Origin: Wigglesworthia glossinidia endosymbiont of Glossina morsitans morsitans (Yale colony)
GTDB lineage: Bacteria; Pseudomonadota; Gammaproteobacteria; Enterobacterales; Enterobacteriaceae
DNA: 32,000 bases
Reading direction: 5' to 3'
Assembly: GCF_000247565.1 (NCBI RefSeq)
Contig: NC_016893.1
Span: forward strand, 90,001-122,000
A program made the position numbers and the translations under genes. Below, one piece after another: positions 17,234 to 27,985 of the stretch. Below the pieces are notes generated by a model. It saw only the letters and a program-made list of their open reading frames with translations. It was not told the origin of the DNA and made no database searches. Each line of letters begins with the position of its first letter. Positions within the stretch are counted from its first letter, which is position 1.

Positions 17234-18532
17234 ATGTTACAAAAAATTATTATAGTTGGCGGAGGAGCTGGCGGTTTAGAATTAGCTACAAAATTAGGAA
17301 ATAAATTAGGAAAAAAAAAATTAGCCAGTATTATTTTAGTCGATTTTAATTACATTCATGTATGGAAACCTTTATTGCATAAAGTTGCCGTAGGCTCTTT
17401 AAATGAAGGCAATAACTGTACTAGCTATATCGCACACGCTAAAAATCATTATTTTAAATTTTGTTTAGGAAAAATGATTGGAATTAATCGTATTAAAAAA
17501 ACAATTATACTTAATGAATTAATCAATCAAGATGGAACAATTATTGTTCCTAAAAGAGAATTGAACTATGATATTTTAGTAATTGCAATTGGTAGCAAAT
17601 CAAATCATTTTGCAGTACCTGGAGTAAAAAAATACTGTAATTTTATTGATGATATTTTTCAAGCTAAAAAATTTTATAAAAAGATGTTTAATTTATTTTT
17701 AAAAATTTCTATGAACAACAATCTTCTTACAGAAGAGTATAATATTGCAATTGTCGGGGGAGGAGCAACTGGAGTAGAATTATCGGCAGAGTTATGTAAT
17801 GCAGTCGATGAATTGCATCGATACGGCTTTCAAGGTTTAAAAAAAAACGTTCTTCATGTAACATTAATTGAAACAGGACCTAGAATTTTACCTGCTTTAC
17901 CAACTAGAATTTCTCATAGAGTACATTTAGAATTAAAAAAAATTGGTGTAAAAATTTTTAATAATACTACAATTGTAAAATGCAACGAAACTAGTTTGCT
18001 TACTAAAAATGGAGAAAAGATTAAATCTGAACTTATGGTATGGTCGGCTGGAGTTAAAGCACAAAAATTCCAAGAAAAATATTTTGATTTAGAAACAAAT
18101 CATATTCATCAAATATTAGTTAAAGATACATTGCAAACTACTTTAGACGAAAAAATATTTGCAATAGGTGACTGTGCATCTTGTTTATTAAAAAATGGCA
18201 TCTATGTACCTCCGAGAGCTCAAGCAGCACATCAAATGGCAACATGTACTTATTTTAATATTTTATCATTAATAAAAAATAAAAAATTAAAAAGCTATAT
18301 CTATAAGGATTATGGATCACTTATATCGTTATCTAAATTTAAAACAATAGGAAATTTTATGGATCATATAACTAATAATTCAATTTTAATTGAAGGCATG
18401 ATTGCAAAATTAGCGTATCTTTTATTATATCGTATGCATCAAATTTCTTTACATGGATCTATAAAAACAGGATTTATGATACTTTCTACAGGAATTGAAC
18501 GCATTATTCAACCTCGTTTTAAATTACATTGA
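17234..18532 (+). CDS. ndh: Type II NADH:quinone oxidoreductase (NDH-2)
   Basis: 432 aa. IIIVGGGAGGLELAT and IAIVGGGATGVELSAEL are the two dinucleotide-binding folds. Also present are WKPLLH, IGDCAS, and PPRAQAAHQMA, and the C-terminus RPRFKLH resembles E. coli RPRLKLH. Confidence 0.93.
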   Translation: MLQKIIIVGGGAGGLELATKLGNKLGKKKLASIILVDFNYIHVWKPLLHKVAVGSLNEGNNCTSYIAHAKNHYFKFCLGKMIGINRIKKTIILNELINQDGTIIVPKRELNYDILVIAIGSKSNHFAVPGVKKYCNFIDDIFQAKKFYKKMFNLFLKISMNNNLLTEEYNIAIVGGGATGVELSAELCNAVDELHRYGFQGLKKNVLHVTLIETGPRILPALPTRISHRVHLELKKIGVKIFNNTTIVKCNETSLLTKNGEKIKSELMVWSAGVKAQKFQEKYFDLETNHIHQILVKDTLQTTLDEKIFAIGDCASCLLKNGIYVPPRAQAAHQMATCTYFNILSLIKNKKLKSYIYKDYGSLISLSKFKTIGNFMDHITNNSILIEGMIAKLAYLLLYRMHQISLHGSIKTGFMILSTGIERIIQPRFKLH

Positions 18533-18554
18533 TTATTTTAATTTATTTTTTTAA

Positions 18555-20615
18555 TCAAGATATAGAAATTAAAAAATTTTTTACATAATTTATTCTTTCT
18601 AGATAACTATTTGTATAAAAATTTATTTTTAACTTTGTGCTCGTTTTAAAACTATAAATTTTAGAATTCTGCAATATTGTTATTAATTTTTTATAATTTA
18701 TAGTATTTTTTTCATGAAATTCGATCGTACCTCCTTGAGAATTCAAATTAATTTTTTTGATTCCTAACAAATAAGACTGTTTTCTAATTTTCGCAATTTC
18801 GATTAAATTTAATGCAAATTCTGGAATAGTACCAAAATTATGCAACAATTGATTTTTTATAATATGAATTTTTTCAATATTACTACTAAAAATTTTTTTA
18901 TAAAAATTTAAACGTGTTGATACGTCTGAAATATAAGATTCTGGTAAAAAAGCTGGAACATTTAAATCTACTTCTGTAAAATTATTTTTGATATTTTCTA
19001 AAGAAATTTCTTTACCAGATTTTATTGCATTTACGGCATTATATAATAATTCATGATATAATGAAATTCCTATAGAATTTATTTGACCACTTTGTTTAGA
19101 TCCTAACAATTCTCCGGAACCTCTAATTTCTAAATCATTTATTGCTAGTGAAAATCCTGATCCTAAAGTATCTATTTTAGAAATTGCCTCTAATCTTTTT
19201 TTAGAATTTTCTTTCAAAGAACATTTTGGAGATATCAAAAAATATGCATATGCTTGACGAAATGACCTTCCTACTCTTCCGCGTAATTGATTTAACTGGG
19301 CAAGACCAAATTGATCGGCGCATTCAATAATAATGGTATTAGCATTTGCTATATCAATTCCAGTTTCAATGATTGTAGTACATACTAATACGTCAAAATT
19401 ATTTTTTTGAAAATTTTTCATAATTCTTTTAAGCGATTTTTTACACATCTTTGAATGTAAAATTTCAATACGCGCTATAGGTATTAATTTTTTTAAAAGT
19501 TCTAATTTTTTATTAATCGTTTGAATATTGTTATGTAAGTAATATATTTGTCCTTTTCTAGATAATTCTTTTTCGATAGCTTTTTTAATTATTGATTTAT
19601 TATATTCGTAAATAAATGTTTTTATTGCAAGTCGATGTTTTGGAGGTGTAGAGATAATTGACAAATCTCTCAAACTATTCAAAGCCATATTTAAAGTTCT
19701 CGGGATAGGAGTAGCTGTTAGTGCTAAAATATCGATGCCTGAACGTAATACATTAATGCATTCTTTTTGAGACACACCAAATCGATGTTCTTCATCAATA
19801 ATCAATAATCCCAAGTCATGCCAAATAACATCTTTCTGTAATATACGATGTGTACCAATTACAATATGAAAATTACCTTTTAAAATTAAATTTAGAACAT
19901 TCTTTTGTTCTCGAATATTTAAAAAACGTGATAACATTGCAATTTTTATTGGCCATTTTTTGAATCTTAAACTAAAATTTTTAAAATGTTGTTGTGCCAA
20001 TAACGTTGTTGGAGTAAGTAAAGCTACTTGTTTTTTGTTTTCTACAGCTACAAAAGCAGCGCGCATAGCAATTTCTGTTTTTCCAAAACCTACATCGCCG
20101 CATATTAAACGATTCATAATCGTATTTTTTTGCATATCATACAAAACTGCATCAATAGCTTTTTGTTGATCATACGTAAGTTCAAAATTACAATCACGAC
20201 AAAATTCTTGGTATTTAAAAATATTATTTCTAAACTCAAATCCTTTTTTAGATAATCGTTCTGATATATTATCTAATAATTCAGCTGCTAAATCTTTAAT
20301 TTTATATATTGTTTTTTTTCTAGTTTTTTTCCATGTATCCGATCCAAGTTTGTGTAAAGTAATATTTTCTGTATTTAAATGACATGGAAGATATTTATTT
20401 ATTAAATGCATAGATGTAAGCGGGACGTATAAAATATCATTTTTTAAATATTTAATCATTAAATATTCATTTTCTATATCTCCTGTTTTTATTAGTTTAG
20501 TTCCTATGTATTTACCAATGCCATGTTCAAAATGAACAACAAAATCTCCTACCTTTAAAAGTATTTCGAATTTTTTTTTGGAGTTATAAAAAAAATCATT
20601 TATTTTTTTGTTCAT
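18555..20615 (-). CDS. mfd: Transcription-repair coupling factor, N-terminally truncated form (RID + translocase + D7 only)
   Basis: 686 aa versus 1148 in E. coli. The protein begins at the RNAP-interaction region (GDFVVHFEHGIGKY versus GQPVVHLEHGVGRY). The helicase motifs GDVGFGKTE, DEEHRFG, LTATPIPRTL, and QLRGRVGRS are all present. The C-terminal D7-like region is also present. Confidence 0.93.
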   Translation of the reverse strand: MNKKINDFFYNSKKKFEILLKVGDFVVHFEHGIGKYIGTKLIKTGDIENEYLMIKYLKNDILYVPLTSMHLINKYLPCHLNTENITLHKLGSDTWKKTRKKTIYKIKDLAAELLDNISERLSKKGFEFRNNIFKYQEFCRDCNFELTYDQQKAIDAVLYDMQKNTIMNRLICGDVGFGKTEIAMRAAFVAVENKKQVALLTPTTLLAQQHFKNFSLRFKKWPIKIAMLSRFLNIREQKNVLNLILKGNFHIVIGTHRILQKDVIWHDLGLLIIDEEHRFGVSQKECINVLRSGIDILALTATPIPRTLNMALNSLRDLSIISTPPKHRLAIKTFIYEYNKSIIKKAIEKELSRKGQIYYLHNNIQTINKKLELLKKLIPIARIEILHSKMCKKSLKRIMKNFQKNNFDVLVCTTIIETGIDIANANTIIIECADQFGLAQLNQLRGRVGRSFRQAYAYFLISPKCSLKENSKKRLEAISKIDTLGSGFSLAINDLEIRGSGELLGSKQSGQINSIGISLYHELLYNAVNAIKSGKEISLENIKNNFTEVDLNVPAFLPESYISDVSTRLNFYKKIFSSNIEKIHIIKNQLLHNFGTIPEFALNLIEIAKIRKQSYLLGIKKINLNSQGGTIEFHEKNTINYKKLITILQNSKIYSFKTSTKLKINFYTNSYLERINYVKNFLISIS

Positions 20616-20875
20616 TGTATTAATATAATTTTTAATTAAATGTAATTTATTTACAATATCTATGTATCTTAATTAAAATAAGTTTACATAAATATTGAAT
20701 GCATATATTTTATAATAATTATTTAACTTGCTCTATTACAAAAATTTTTTATCTAAAAAAATTTAATTTTATACTGAAATTAATTCACAAAAAATTTGGT
20801 ACTAAATATACATATTTAAAATATAATATTATATGTACTTAACTATAAGTATGTTAAATTTGATAAATACATAAA

Positions 20876-22078
20876 ATGTATCAACCAGCTTTCTTGTATA
20901 TTGGAATAAGATATATCTTAAAAAATGCATTCAATCAATACAATAAATTATCTTCTTGGATATCATTAGTCGGTATAACAATAGGAATATTTACATTAAT
21001 ATTAGTTACTTCTATTATGAATGGATTTGAAAAAAATTTAGCACAACACATACTAAAATATATTCCACATGCAATTTTGAAGAACGAAAATAATATAAAT
21101 TTTAATAAAAATTTGGTTTTATCGAATAATAAAGAATGTTCAAATATTCGAAATTTTTCTTCATTTATTTCGACTAACGTTATTATTCAAAGTGAATACG
21201 GACTAATTAACGGAACAATTTCTAATATAGAATCCATAGAAAAAAATTTATCTTTATTAAATATTAATAATAAAGTTATTAATCGTTTAATACCGGGACA
21301 ATATAAAATTATTATAGGTTACGAACTTTCTAAAATTCTTAATGTTCATATTAATGATCGAATACGATTAATTTTTCCAGAAAAAAGTAATTTTACAATT
21401 GTTGGTTTAATACCTACACAAAGAATTTTTACTGTATTTGATATATTTTATACTAATAGTGAAATGGATAAAAATCAATTATTTATCCATTCAAAAGAAC
21501 TTAAAAAAGTTATGCGTTATCCTGAAAAACATATTGATGGATGGCGATTATGGCTACAAGATCCATTAAAAATTAATACGAATAGTATAAAATCTTGTTT
21601 TATCAGTCATTATTCATATCAAGATTGGCGTGATTATAAATCAGAAATTTTTCGTGCATTAAAAATGGAAAAAAATGTTACTTTAGTATTTTTAAGTTTA
21701 ATTGCTATTATATCTATATGTAACGTTTGCATTGCACTTTCAGTAGAAATTACTTATAAAAAACAAGAAATTGCTATTTTTAAAACACAAGGTTGTAAAA
21801 AATATGAAATATTTTTAATCTTTATATTGTATGGTATAATTAATGGAGTATTAGGTATTTTTTTTGGAAATATAACAGGCATAATATGTGCTTATTATTT
21901 AAATAATATTTTATCAGCATTAGATATATTTAATAAAATTTTTTTACCAGTAAAAATTCAAGCAATTAATATTATTTATATAGACCTTATTTTTATTATT
22001 TTTGTTATTTTATCTACTTTGTACCCTTCTTATTATGCTATGAAAATTCAACCTGCAAAAACTTTAAAATATGAATAA
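20876..22078 (+). CDS. lolC: Lipoprotein-releasing ABC transporter permease LolC
   Basis: 400 aa (399 in E. coli). MYQPAFLYIGIRY matches MYQPVALFIGLRY. Also conserved are MNGFEKNL, GWRLWLQDPLK, QDWRD, and the C-terminus STLYPSYYAMKIQPAKTLKYE. Confidence 0.92.
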   Translation: MYQPAFLYIGIRYILKNAFNQYNKLSSWISLVGITIGIFTLILVTSIMNGFEKNLAQHILKYIPHAILKNENNINFNKNLVLSNNKECSNIRNFSSFISTNVIIQSEYGLINGTISNIESIEKNLSLLNINNKVINRLIPGQYKIIIGYELSKILNVHINDRIRLIFPEKSNFTIVGLIPTQRIFTVFDIFYTNSEMDKNQLFIHSKELKKVMRYPEKHIDGWRLWLQDPLKINTNSIKSCFISHYSYQDWRDYKSEIFRALKMEKNVTLVFLSLIAIISICNVCIALSVEITYKKQEIAIFKTQGCKKYEIFLIFILYGIINGVLGIFFGNITGIICAYYLNNILSALDIFNKIFLPVKIQAINIIYIDLIFIIFVILSTLYPSYYAMKIQPAKTLKYE

Positions 22079-22751
22079 AATACCAATTTTAAGTTGTGTA
22101 AATGTTACTAAAATATACAAAAATAAACTTATAATACTTAACAATATAAACTTATCTATTCAAAGATCAGAAACAATCGCTATTGTTGGTCGATCAGGAT
22201 CAGGAAAAAGTACGTTATTATACATATTAAGTGGATTAGACAATCCTACAAAAGGAGATGTTTTTTTTGAAGGCAAATCAATATATCGTTTATCTTCTTC
22301 ACAAAGCGCTGATTTAAGAAATAAAAGTTTTGGATTTATTTATCAATTTCATCATTTGCTTCCAGATTTTAATGTTTTAGAAAATGTTTTAATGCCTGCT
22401 TTAATAGGGAAATTTAACATTAAAAATGCAAAAAAATCTGCATACGAAATTTTAGAACAATTAGGTTTACAAAAACGTGTGCATTATAAACCACATGAAC
22501 TTTCTGGAGGAGAAAAACAAAGAGTAGCTATTGCAAGAGCTTTAATTAACAATCCAAAAATAATTTTTGCAGATGAACCTACTGGAAATTTAGATCAAAT
22601 TTCTGCAAAAAAATTTTTTGCTTTATTAAATACTATAAATTTATATAAAAGTACTACTTTTTTGGTTGTTACACATTGTTTGAATTTTTCAAAAAAATTA
22701 AAAAAAGTGTTAGAGATAAAAAATGGTATTTTATATAAAAAAGATTTCTAA
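22071..22751 (+). CDS. lolD: Lipoprotein-releasing ABC transporter ATPase LolD
   Basis: 226 aa. Walker A (GRSGSGKST), the signature LSGGEKQRVAIARAL, and Walker B (IIFADEPTGNLD) are present. It overlaps lolC by 8 nt. Confidence 0.94.
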   Translation: MNKIPILSCVNVTKIYKNKLIILNNINLSIQRSETIAIVGRSGSGKSTLLYILSGLDNPTKGDVFFEGKSIYRLSSSQSADLRNKSFGFIYQFHHLLPDFNVLENVLMPALIGKFNIKNAKKSAYEILEQLGLQKRVHYKPHELSGGEKQRVAIARALINNPKIIFADEPTGNLDQISAKKFFALLNTINLYKSTTFLVVTHCLNFSKKLKKVLEIKNGILYKKDF

Positions 22752-24018
22752 ATTTTTTTTAGATTTACTCCCATTGTCATTAAAAATTGCACTAAATTTT
22801 CAAATAGGTTGGAAAAAAGAAAAAATAACTGCTTTTATTTCAAATATGTTAATCATCGGAATTACATTAAACATTATTATTAGTATTTTATCGATTAGTA
22901 TAATTAACGGTTTTGAACATGCACTAAAAAATAAAATTTTAAATATAGTACCGCACTTAGAAATTAGTTTTTTAAGCAAATTTTCTATAAAAAATTGGAA
23001 ATTTTTAAAAACGAAAATTTTAAACTTCCCTGACGTTATAGCAATTTCTCCATATTTAAATTTTGTTGGATTAATTGAAAATAAAATCGCATTCCATGTC
23101 CTATATATTCATGCTATTGATACTCAATATGAAACAAAATTTCAAAAAAATGTAAAATATTTTTATAAAGATCAATCAAACATCTTATTACAGCTAGATA
23201 AAATAAATAATTCTATTATCATCGGAGCAGGAATAGCAAAAAAATTTAATTTAAAAATAGGAGATAAATTATCAATTTTTCCTGCTAATATAAATAAAAA
23301 AAATAATTTTGTTTTTCCTCAATCACTTAATTTTAAAATAGTTAACATAATAAAATTTAATAGTCAATTAGATCATGACTTTGCTATTATCTCGTTATTT
23401 CATGCTCAAAAATTACTTAATAGAACAAATGAAATTGACGGTGTTAACATTAAAGTAAAAAACATGTTTAAGTTAAATAATGTAATAAAAGAATTTTTTT
23501 TAATCAATAATCCAAATTTTTTTCAAATTAATACTTGGATGTTAAAATACGGTTATATATATCAAGATATACAGACAGTTCGTGCAATTATATATTTATG
23601 TGTATTTTTAGTTTCTGTTATTTTTTCTTCTAGTATAATCTCTATGTTAACTGCAATTATGAAAAGAAAAATTTTTGATGTTGCTATTTTATTTTCTTTA
23701 GGAGCTAAAAATAGACTAATTTATAGTGTATTTTTATGGTATGGGGGAATATATATTATTTTTGGTAGTTTTTGGGGAATTTTAATAGGTTTGTTTATAT
23801 CGCATTATTTTAATGTAATTATAAAAAAAATTGAAAATTTATTCAATGTTCAATTTTTATCTTCAAATATATATTTCGTAGATTCTATACCAATTCAAAT
23901 TGTTGCTTTTGATATATTTTTGATTATATTATTTATTTTTATATTATTTATGATATCTAGCATATATTCTATATTCAAAATGATGCGTAAAAGTTCTAAT
24001 AAATTTATATTATCTTAA
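22723..24018 (+). CDS. lolE: Lipoprotein-releasing ABC transporter permease LolE (start uncertain)
   Basis: 431 aa from the ATG at 22723, which overlaps lolD by 29 nt. Homology to E. coli LolE begins at LLPLSLKIAL (E. coli MAMPLSLLIGL), so the TTG at 22774 is an alternative start. Conserved motifs include INGFEHAL, SPYLNF.GL.E, QLDH.FA, GYIYQDIQ..RAI.YL, and LGAK. Confidence 0.88.
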   Translation: MVFYIKKISKFFLDLLPLSLKIALNFQIGWKKEKITAFISNMLIIGITLNIIISILSISIINGFEHALKNKILNIVPHLEISFLSKFSIKNWKFLKTKILNFPDVIAISPYLNFVGLIENKIAFHVLYIHAIDTQYETKFQKNVKYFYKDQSNILLQLDKINNSIIIGAGIAKKFNLKIGDKLSIFPANINKKNNFVFPQSLNFKIVNIIKFNSQLDHDFAIISLFHAQKLLNRTNEIDGVNIKVKNMFKLNNVIKEFFLINNPNFFQINTWMLKYGYIYQDIQTVRAIIYLCVFLVSVIFSSSIISMLTAIMKRKIFDVAILFSLGAKNRLIYSVFLWYGGIYIIFGSFWGILIGLFISHYFNVIIKKIENLFNVQFLSSNIYFVDSIPIQIVAFDIFLIILFIFILFMISSIYSIFKMMRKSSNKFILS

Positions 24019-24066
24019 AAAATTTTAAAAATTAATTTTAAGATTTAAATTTGTAAGATTTCAAAA

Positions 24067-25449
24067 TTATTTAATATATTTTTTAAATTGACGTATAAGC
24101 TGCGTCGACAATCCAATGTACTTATCAGGAGTAATATTTTGCAAAATCTTTTTATCTGTTTCAGAAATATTTAATGTTTTAATAAATAATTTAATATTAA
24201 TTTCGTTTATTTCGTGTTTTTTAAAAAAATTTTTTACTAATTCATAAGAGTTTTTTATTTTATTACGACGCATTAAAATTTGTATAGGTTCTGATAAAAC
24301 TTCCCAGTGGTTATTTAAATCGTTCTTTATTTTTGAAGTATTTATTTCTAATTTTGAAAAACCATATAACATTTTTTGGTAAGCAATAAATGAATAGCTT
24401 ATAGCAACTCCTATGTTTCTTAATATAGTAGAATCTGTTAAATCTCTTTGTAATCTTGAAATTGGAAGTTTCTTAGATAAAAAGTTTAAAATAGCATTAG
24501 AAAGTTCTAAATTACCTTCTGAGTTTTCAAAATCAATAGGATTTACTTTATGTGGCATAACAGAAGAGCCAATTTCGTTAACATGAAATTTTTTTTTAAA
24601 ATAGTTTCTTGAAACGTATGTCCAAATATCTTGATTAAAACCAATTAAAATGCTATTAAAATGAGATATGCAATTTAAAATTTCTACAATATAATCATGT
24701 GGTTCAATTTGAGTCGTAAACACATTAGGTACAATATCAAAATTAGAAATAAATTTTTTGCTAAAATTAACCCAATCGAAGTTTGGATAAGCAATATTAT
24801 GAGCATTATAATTTCCTACTGTACCATTGAATTTTCCAAGAATTTTGATTTTTTTAAGTTTTTGGTACTGTTGAGTCATTCTATAATAAAAATTTAACAT
24901 TTCTTTTCCAAATGTAGACGGAGTAGCCGGTTGCCCATGAGTACGCGATAGTATTGAGATAGAATCATATTTCATTGAAAATAAGTAAATAGTACGAACA
25001 ATTTTCTTCCAAATTGGCAAAATAAATTTTTTCCTAGCACGGGATAAAATTAATCCATAGGCGAGATTATTAATATCTTCAGATGTACAAGCAAAGTGTA
25101 TAAATTCTGATTTTTCTTTTAAACTGATTAATAAAGAAAATTTTTCTTTTAAAAAATATTCTAAAGATTTAATGTCATGTTTTGTTTTAAATTCAATTTC
25201 TTTAATACGTTCAGCATCTTTAAAACTAAAATTGCTTATAATATTTTTTATAAATCTTTTTTCTATATTATTTAAAGGTTGTAATTCTAATATTTCATCG
25301 CATTCAGCAAGTGATTCAAACCATTTAATTTCTATTTTTAATCGAAATTTTAAAAGTGCAAATTCGCTAAATATAGATCGTAAAGGAACCGTATAATTAT
25401 AATATCTACCTTCAATAGGAGAAATTGCAGTTAGTGAAGAAATATGCAT
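24067..25449 (-). CDS. purB: Adenylosuccinate lyase
   Basis: 460 aa. SSLTAISPIEGRY matches E. coli SSLTAVSPVDGRY. Also conserved are FIHFACTSEDINNL, SRTHGQPATPSTFGKE, GSSVMPHKVNPIDFENSEGN, and LQRDLTDST.LRN. Confidence 0.96.
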   Translation of the reverse strand: MHISSLTAISPIEGRYYNYTVPLRSIFSEFALLKFRLKIEIKWFESLAECDEILELQPLNNIEKRFIKNIISNFSFKDAERIKEIEFKTKHDIKSLEYFLKEKFSLLISLKEKSEFIHFACTSEDINNLAYGLILSRARKKFILPIWKKIVRTIYLFSMKYDSISILSRTHGQPATPSTFGKEMLNFYYRMTQQYQKLKKIKILGKFNGTVGNYNAHNIAYPNFDWVNFSKKFISNFDIVPNVFTTQIEPHDYIVEILNCISHFNSILIGFNQDIWTYVSRNYFKKKFHVNEIGSSVMPHKVNPIDFENSEGNLELSNAILNFLSKKLPISRLQRDLTDSTILRNIGVAISYSFIAYQKMLYGFSKLEINTSKIKNDLNNHWEVLSEPIQILMRRNKIKNSYELVKNFFKKHEINEINIKLFIKTLNISETDKKILQNITPDKYIGLSTQLIRQFKKYIK

Positions 25450-25565
25450 ATTTAAGCTCTTTAATAAAATTAAAAAATAGAAAAATTATACAAATAAGTG
25501 GTCAATATCTGTTATTTTTTATTTATTTATCAATTATAATATAAAATATATATTTGATATAACTT

Positions 25566-26684
25566 TTATTTTGATTTATTTAATAAATCGTGTAGTAACG
25601 TTCTGCTATGTATTATGCCGCCTCCTAAACAGCGATTTTTCAAATAAAAAACTGCAGATTGACCTGGAGTCACTGCAAATATAGGTTGATCAAAAATAAC
25701 TTTCAAATATTTTTTTGATTTTGGTTTTTTAATCAAACAACCTGTATTTTCTTGACGATATCTAGTTTTTATTGTGCATTTAAGTTCACTGTTTAATGGC
25801 ATTTGATCAATCCAATGCGGGTAAATAACAATTATGCTCACTGAAAGTAATGCAAGATGATTTCTACCTTGAACAACAATTAAGCTATTTTTTTTTACAT
25901 CTTTATCTGCTACGTACCATGGATCTGCACATGTATTATATGTGCTATTTATATTTATCCCTTTTCTCTGGCCTATTGTGTAATATATCAAACCAGGATG
26001 ATATCCTATTTTTTTATTTTTTATAGAAGTAATTATACCTGGGCTTGCAAGCAAATAATTTTTAATAAATTTTTTAAAATTTCGTTTTCCTATAAAACAA
26101 ATACCTGTTGAATCTTTCTTATTAGCAGTAATTAAATTTAGTTGAGAAGCAATATGTCTTACTTGTAATTTAATGAAATTTCCTACAGGGAAAAGACATT
26201 TAGAAATTTCTTGATGTTTAATTTGATGCAAAAAATAACTTTGATCTTTATTCATATCTATTCCAGAAAATAAATAACTTTTTCCTCGAAAATCCACACG
26301 TCTTGCGTAATGACCAGTTGCAATATAATCTGCTTGCATTTCTTCGAATGCAAAATTTAAAAAAACTTTGAATTTAATTTCTTTGTTACATAGTATGTCT
26401 GGATTCGGAGTCTTACCTAGTTGATATTCTTTAAGAAATATTTTAAAAACTTTATCCCAGTATTGTTTTGAAAAATTTAATACAGTCAAATTAATTCCTA
26501 TTTGCTCACATAAACACTGTGCATCTTGCAAATCCTGTTTAATAGAACAATAACTTTTACAATTATTTTCTTCCCAATTTTTCATGAATACACCTTCTAC
26601 ATGATAACCATTTTTTTTTAATAACCATGCAGATACAGACGAATCTACTCCTCCTGAAATACCAATTACTACTTTTTTTTTCAT
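25566..26684 (-). CDS. mnmA: tRNA 2-thiouridine(34) synthase
   Basis: 372 aa. The PP-loop [13 protein letters not shown] is present, along with [46 protein letters not shown], and TPGQSAVFY. It lies next to purB as in E. coli, with hflD missing between them. Confidence 0.96.
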   Translation of the reverse strand: MKKKVVIGISGGVDSSVSAWLLKKNGYHVEGVFMKNWEENNCKSYCSIKQDLQDAQCLCEQIGINLTVLNFSKQYWDKVFKIFLKEYQLGKTPNPDILCNKEIKFKVFLNFAFEEMQADYIATGHYARRVDFRGKSYLFSGIDMNKDQSYFLHQIKHQEISKCLFPVGNFIKLQVRHIASQLNLITANKKDSTGICFIGKRNFKKFIKNYLLASPGIITSIKNKKIGYHPGLIYYTIGQRKGININSTYNTCADPWYVADKDVKKNSLIVVQGRNHLALLSVSIIVIYPHWIDQMPLNSELKCTIKTRYRQENTGCLIKKPKSKKYLKVIFDQPIFAVTPGQSAVFYLKNRCLGGGIIHSRTLLHDLLNKSK

Positions 26685-27100
26685 TTTTAAATGCTCTATA
26701 AAATAAATTTTTTTATTTATAAAAATTTATCATTTTTTTTATAAATTAAATGTTTTAAAAAAAAATAAAACGTGCAATGATGCAATGAATAATTATTTAA
26801 TTAATTTAATTTTTATATAAATAAAAAAAAATATCAAATTTTATTAAAATTATAAATATAGAAGTTTTATGTAAATATTATATTGTATATTTTCTTATAT
26901 TTGAATATCATAAATTGATTAAAAAAGTTTAAATTTAAAATATTAAAATAAAAATTTTCAAAAATGATACATTTTTTCAAAAAACCACTTAAAATTTAAA
27001 TGTCTCATTATCTTAAATTAAAATAAAAATAATTTTCAAAATAATTTTTTAGCAAATTTTATATTTCATATTGCTATTTTCATTGAAAGAGGCTTACTGT

Positions 27101-27985
27101 ATGATGCGTATTATTCTTTTTATATTAACTAATTTATCAGTTATGATAATATTTGGAATTATATTATCTATTACTGGTATTAAATCCTCTAGTATATTAG
27201 GGCTAATGATTATGTCGGGTCTCTTCGGATTCGGAGGATCAATAGTATCTTTATTATTATCAAAAACTATGGCTATACACGCGGTAAACGCTCAAATTAT
27301 TAAAAATGCTTCTAATGAAACTGAAAAATGGTTATTAAATACGATACGCTTACAAGCAAATCAGATGTCTATTGGCATTCCAGATATAGCTATATACGAA
27401 GCTGCCGATATTAATGCATTTGCTACAGGAGCAAAAAAAAATTCTGCATTAATCGCGGTTAGTACCGGATTATTAAATAATATGGATCGTAAAGAAGCGG
27501 AAGCTGTAATAGCGCATGAAATTAGTCATATCGCAAATGGGGATATGATTACAATGACATTGTTACAAGGTATAGTGAATACGTTTGTAATATTTTTATC
27601 TCGTATTATTGCTCGATTAATATTAAATATTTCTTCTGCAAATAGAGATGAAGAAGATACTTATGCGTATGATAATTCTTGGATGTATATATGTATATCT
27701 ATGGTATTAGAATTAATTTTCGGTATTTTAGCAAGCACAATTACATTATGGTTTTCTAGAAAAAGAGAGTTTTATGCAGATGCAGGATCTGCTAGATTAG
27801 TAGGCAAAAAAAATATGATTGCAGCTTTAAAAAGAATACAAACAACTTGTGAACCAAAAGTTGGTAAAGAAATTTTAGCATTTTGTATTCATGGAAAAAG
27901 TTCTTTAAATGAAATTTTCATGTCTCATCCTCCTATAGAAAAACGTATACATGCATTAGTAATGGAACATTACATTAATAAATAA
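27101..27985 (+). CDS. htpX: Membrane zinc metalloprotease HtpX
   Basis: I place the start at ATG 27101 ([15 protein letters not shown], matching E. coli MMRIALFLLTNLAVM) rather than the track's TTG at 27071. AAGAGG lies at 27086-27091. The [11 protein letters not shown] (HExxH) motif, REF.ADAGSA, and MSHPP..KRI are present. The product is 294 aa versus 293 in E. coli. Confidence 0.95.
   Translation: MMRIILFILTNLSVMIIFGIILSITGIKSSSILGLMIMSGLFGFGGSIVSLLLSKTMAIHAVNAQIIKNASNETEKWLLNTIRLQANQMSIGIPDIAIYEAADINAFATGAKKNSALIAVSTGLLNNMDRKEAEAVIAHEISHIANGDMITMTLLQGIVNTFVIFLSRIIARLILNISSANRDEEDTYAYDNSWMYICISMVLELIFGILASTITLWFSRKREFYADAGSARLVGKKNMIAALKRIQTTCEPKVGKEILAFCIHGKSSLNEIFMSHPPIEKRIHALVMEHYINK

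Noticed and set aside
19960-20169. 69-aa + strand ORF inside mfd
   Set aside because: It is antisense to the mfd helicase core (the GDVGFGKTE region), and nothing supports it.
24697-25396. + strand ORFs 24697-24897 and 25172-25396 inside purB
   Set aside because: They are antisense to the strongly conserved purB and have no motifs.
26773-26788. Tandem duplication tgcaatga-tgcaatga in the mnmA-htpX spacer
   Set aside because: There are only two 8-nt copies, consistent with a slippage scar. No further copies or palindromic partner suggest a binding-site array.
26988-27010. Sigma32-like heat-shock promoter upstream of htpX (CTTAAAA ... TCTCATTA)
   Set aside because: The hexamer resemblance is partial. 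The spacer is only about 8 nt, versus about 12-14 nt in E. coli sigma32 promoters such as groE. Matches like this are easily generated by AT-rich sequence.
27071-27100. Longer htpX ORF starting at the TTG at 27071 ([14 protein letters not shown]...)
   Set aside because: The E. coli HtpX N-terminus aligns exactly from the ATG at 27101 (MMRI.LF.LTNL.VM), and an AAGAGG SD precedes that ATG. The 10-codon extension has no support.
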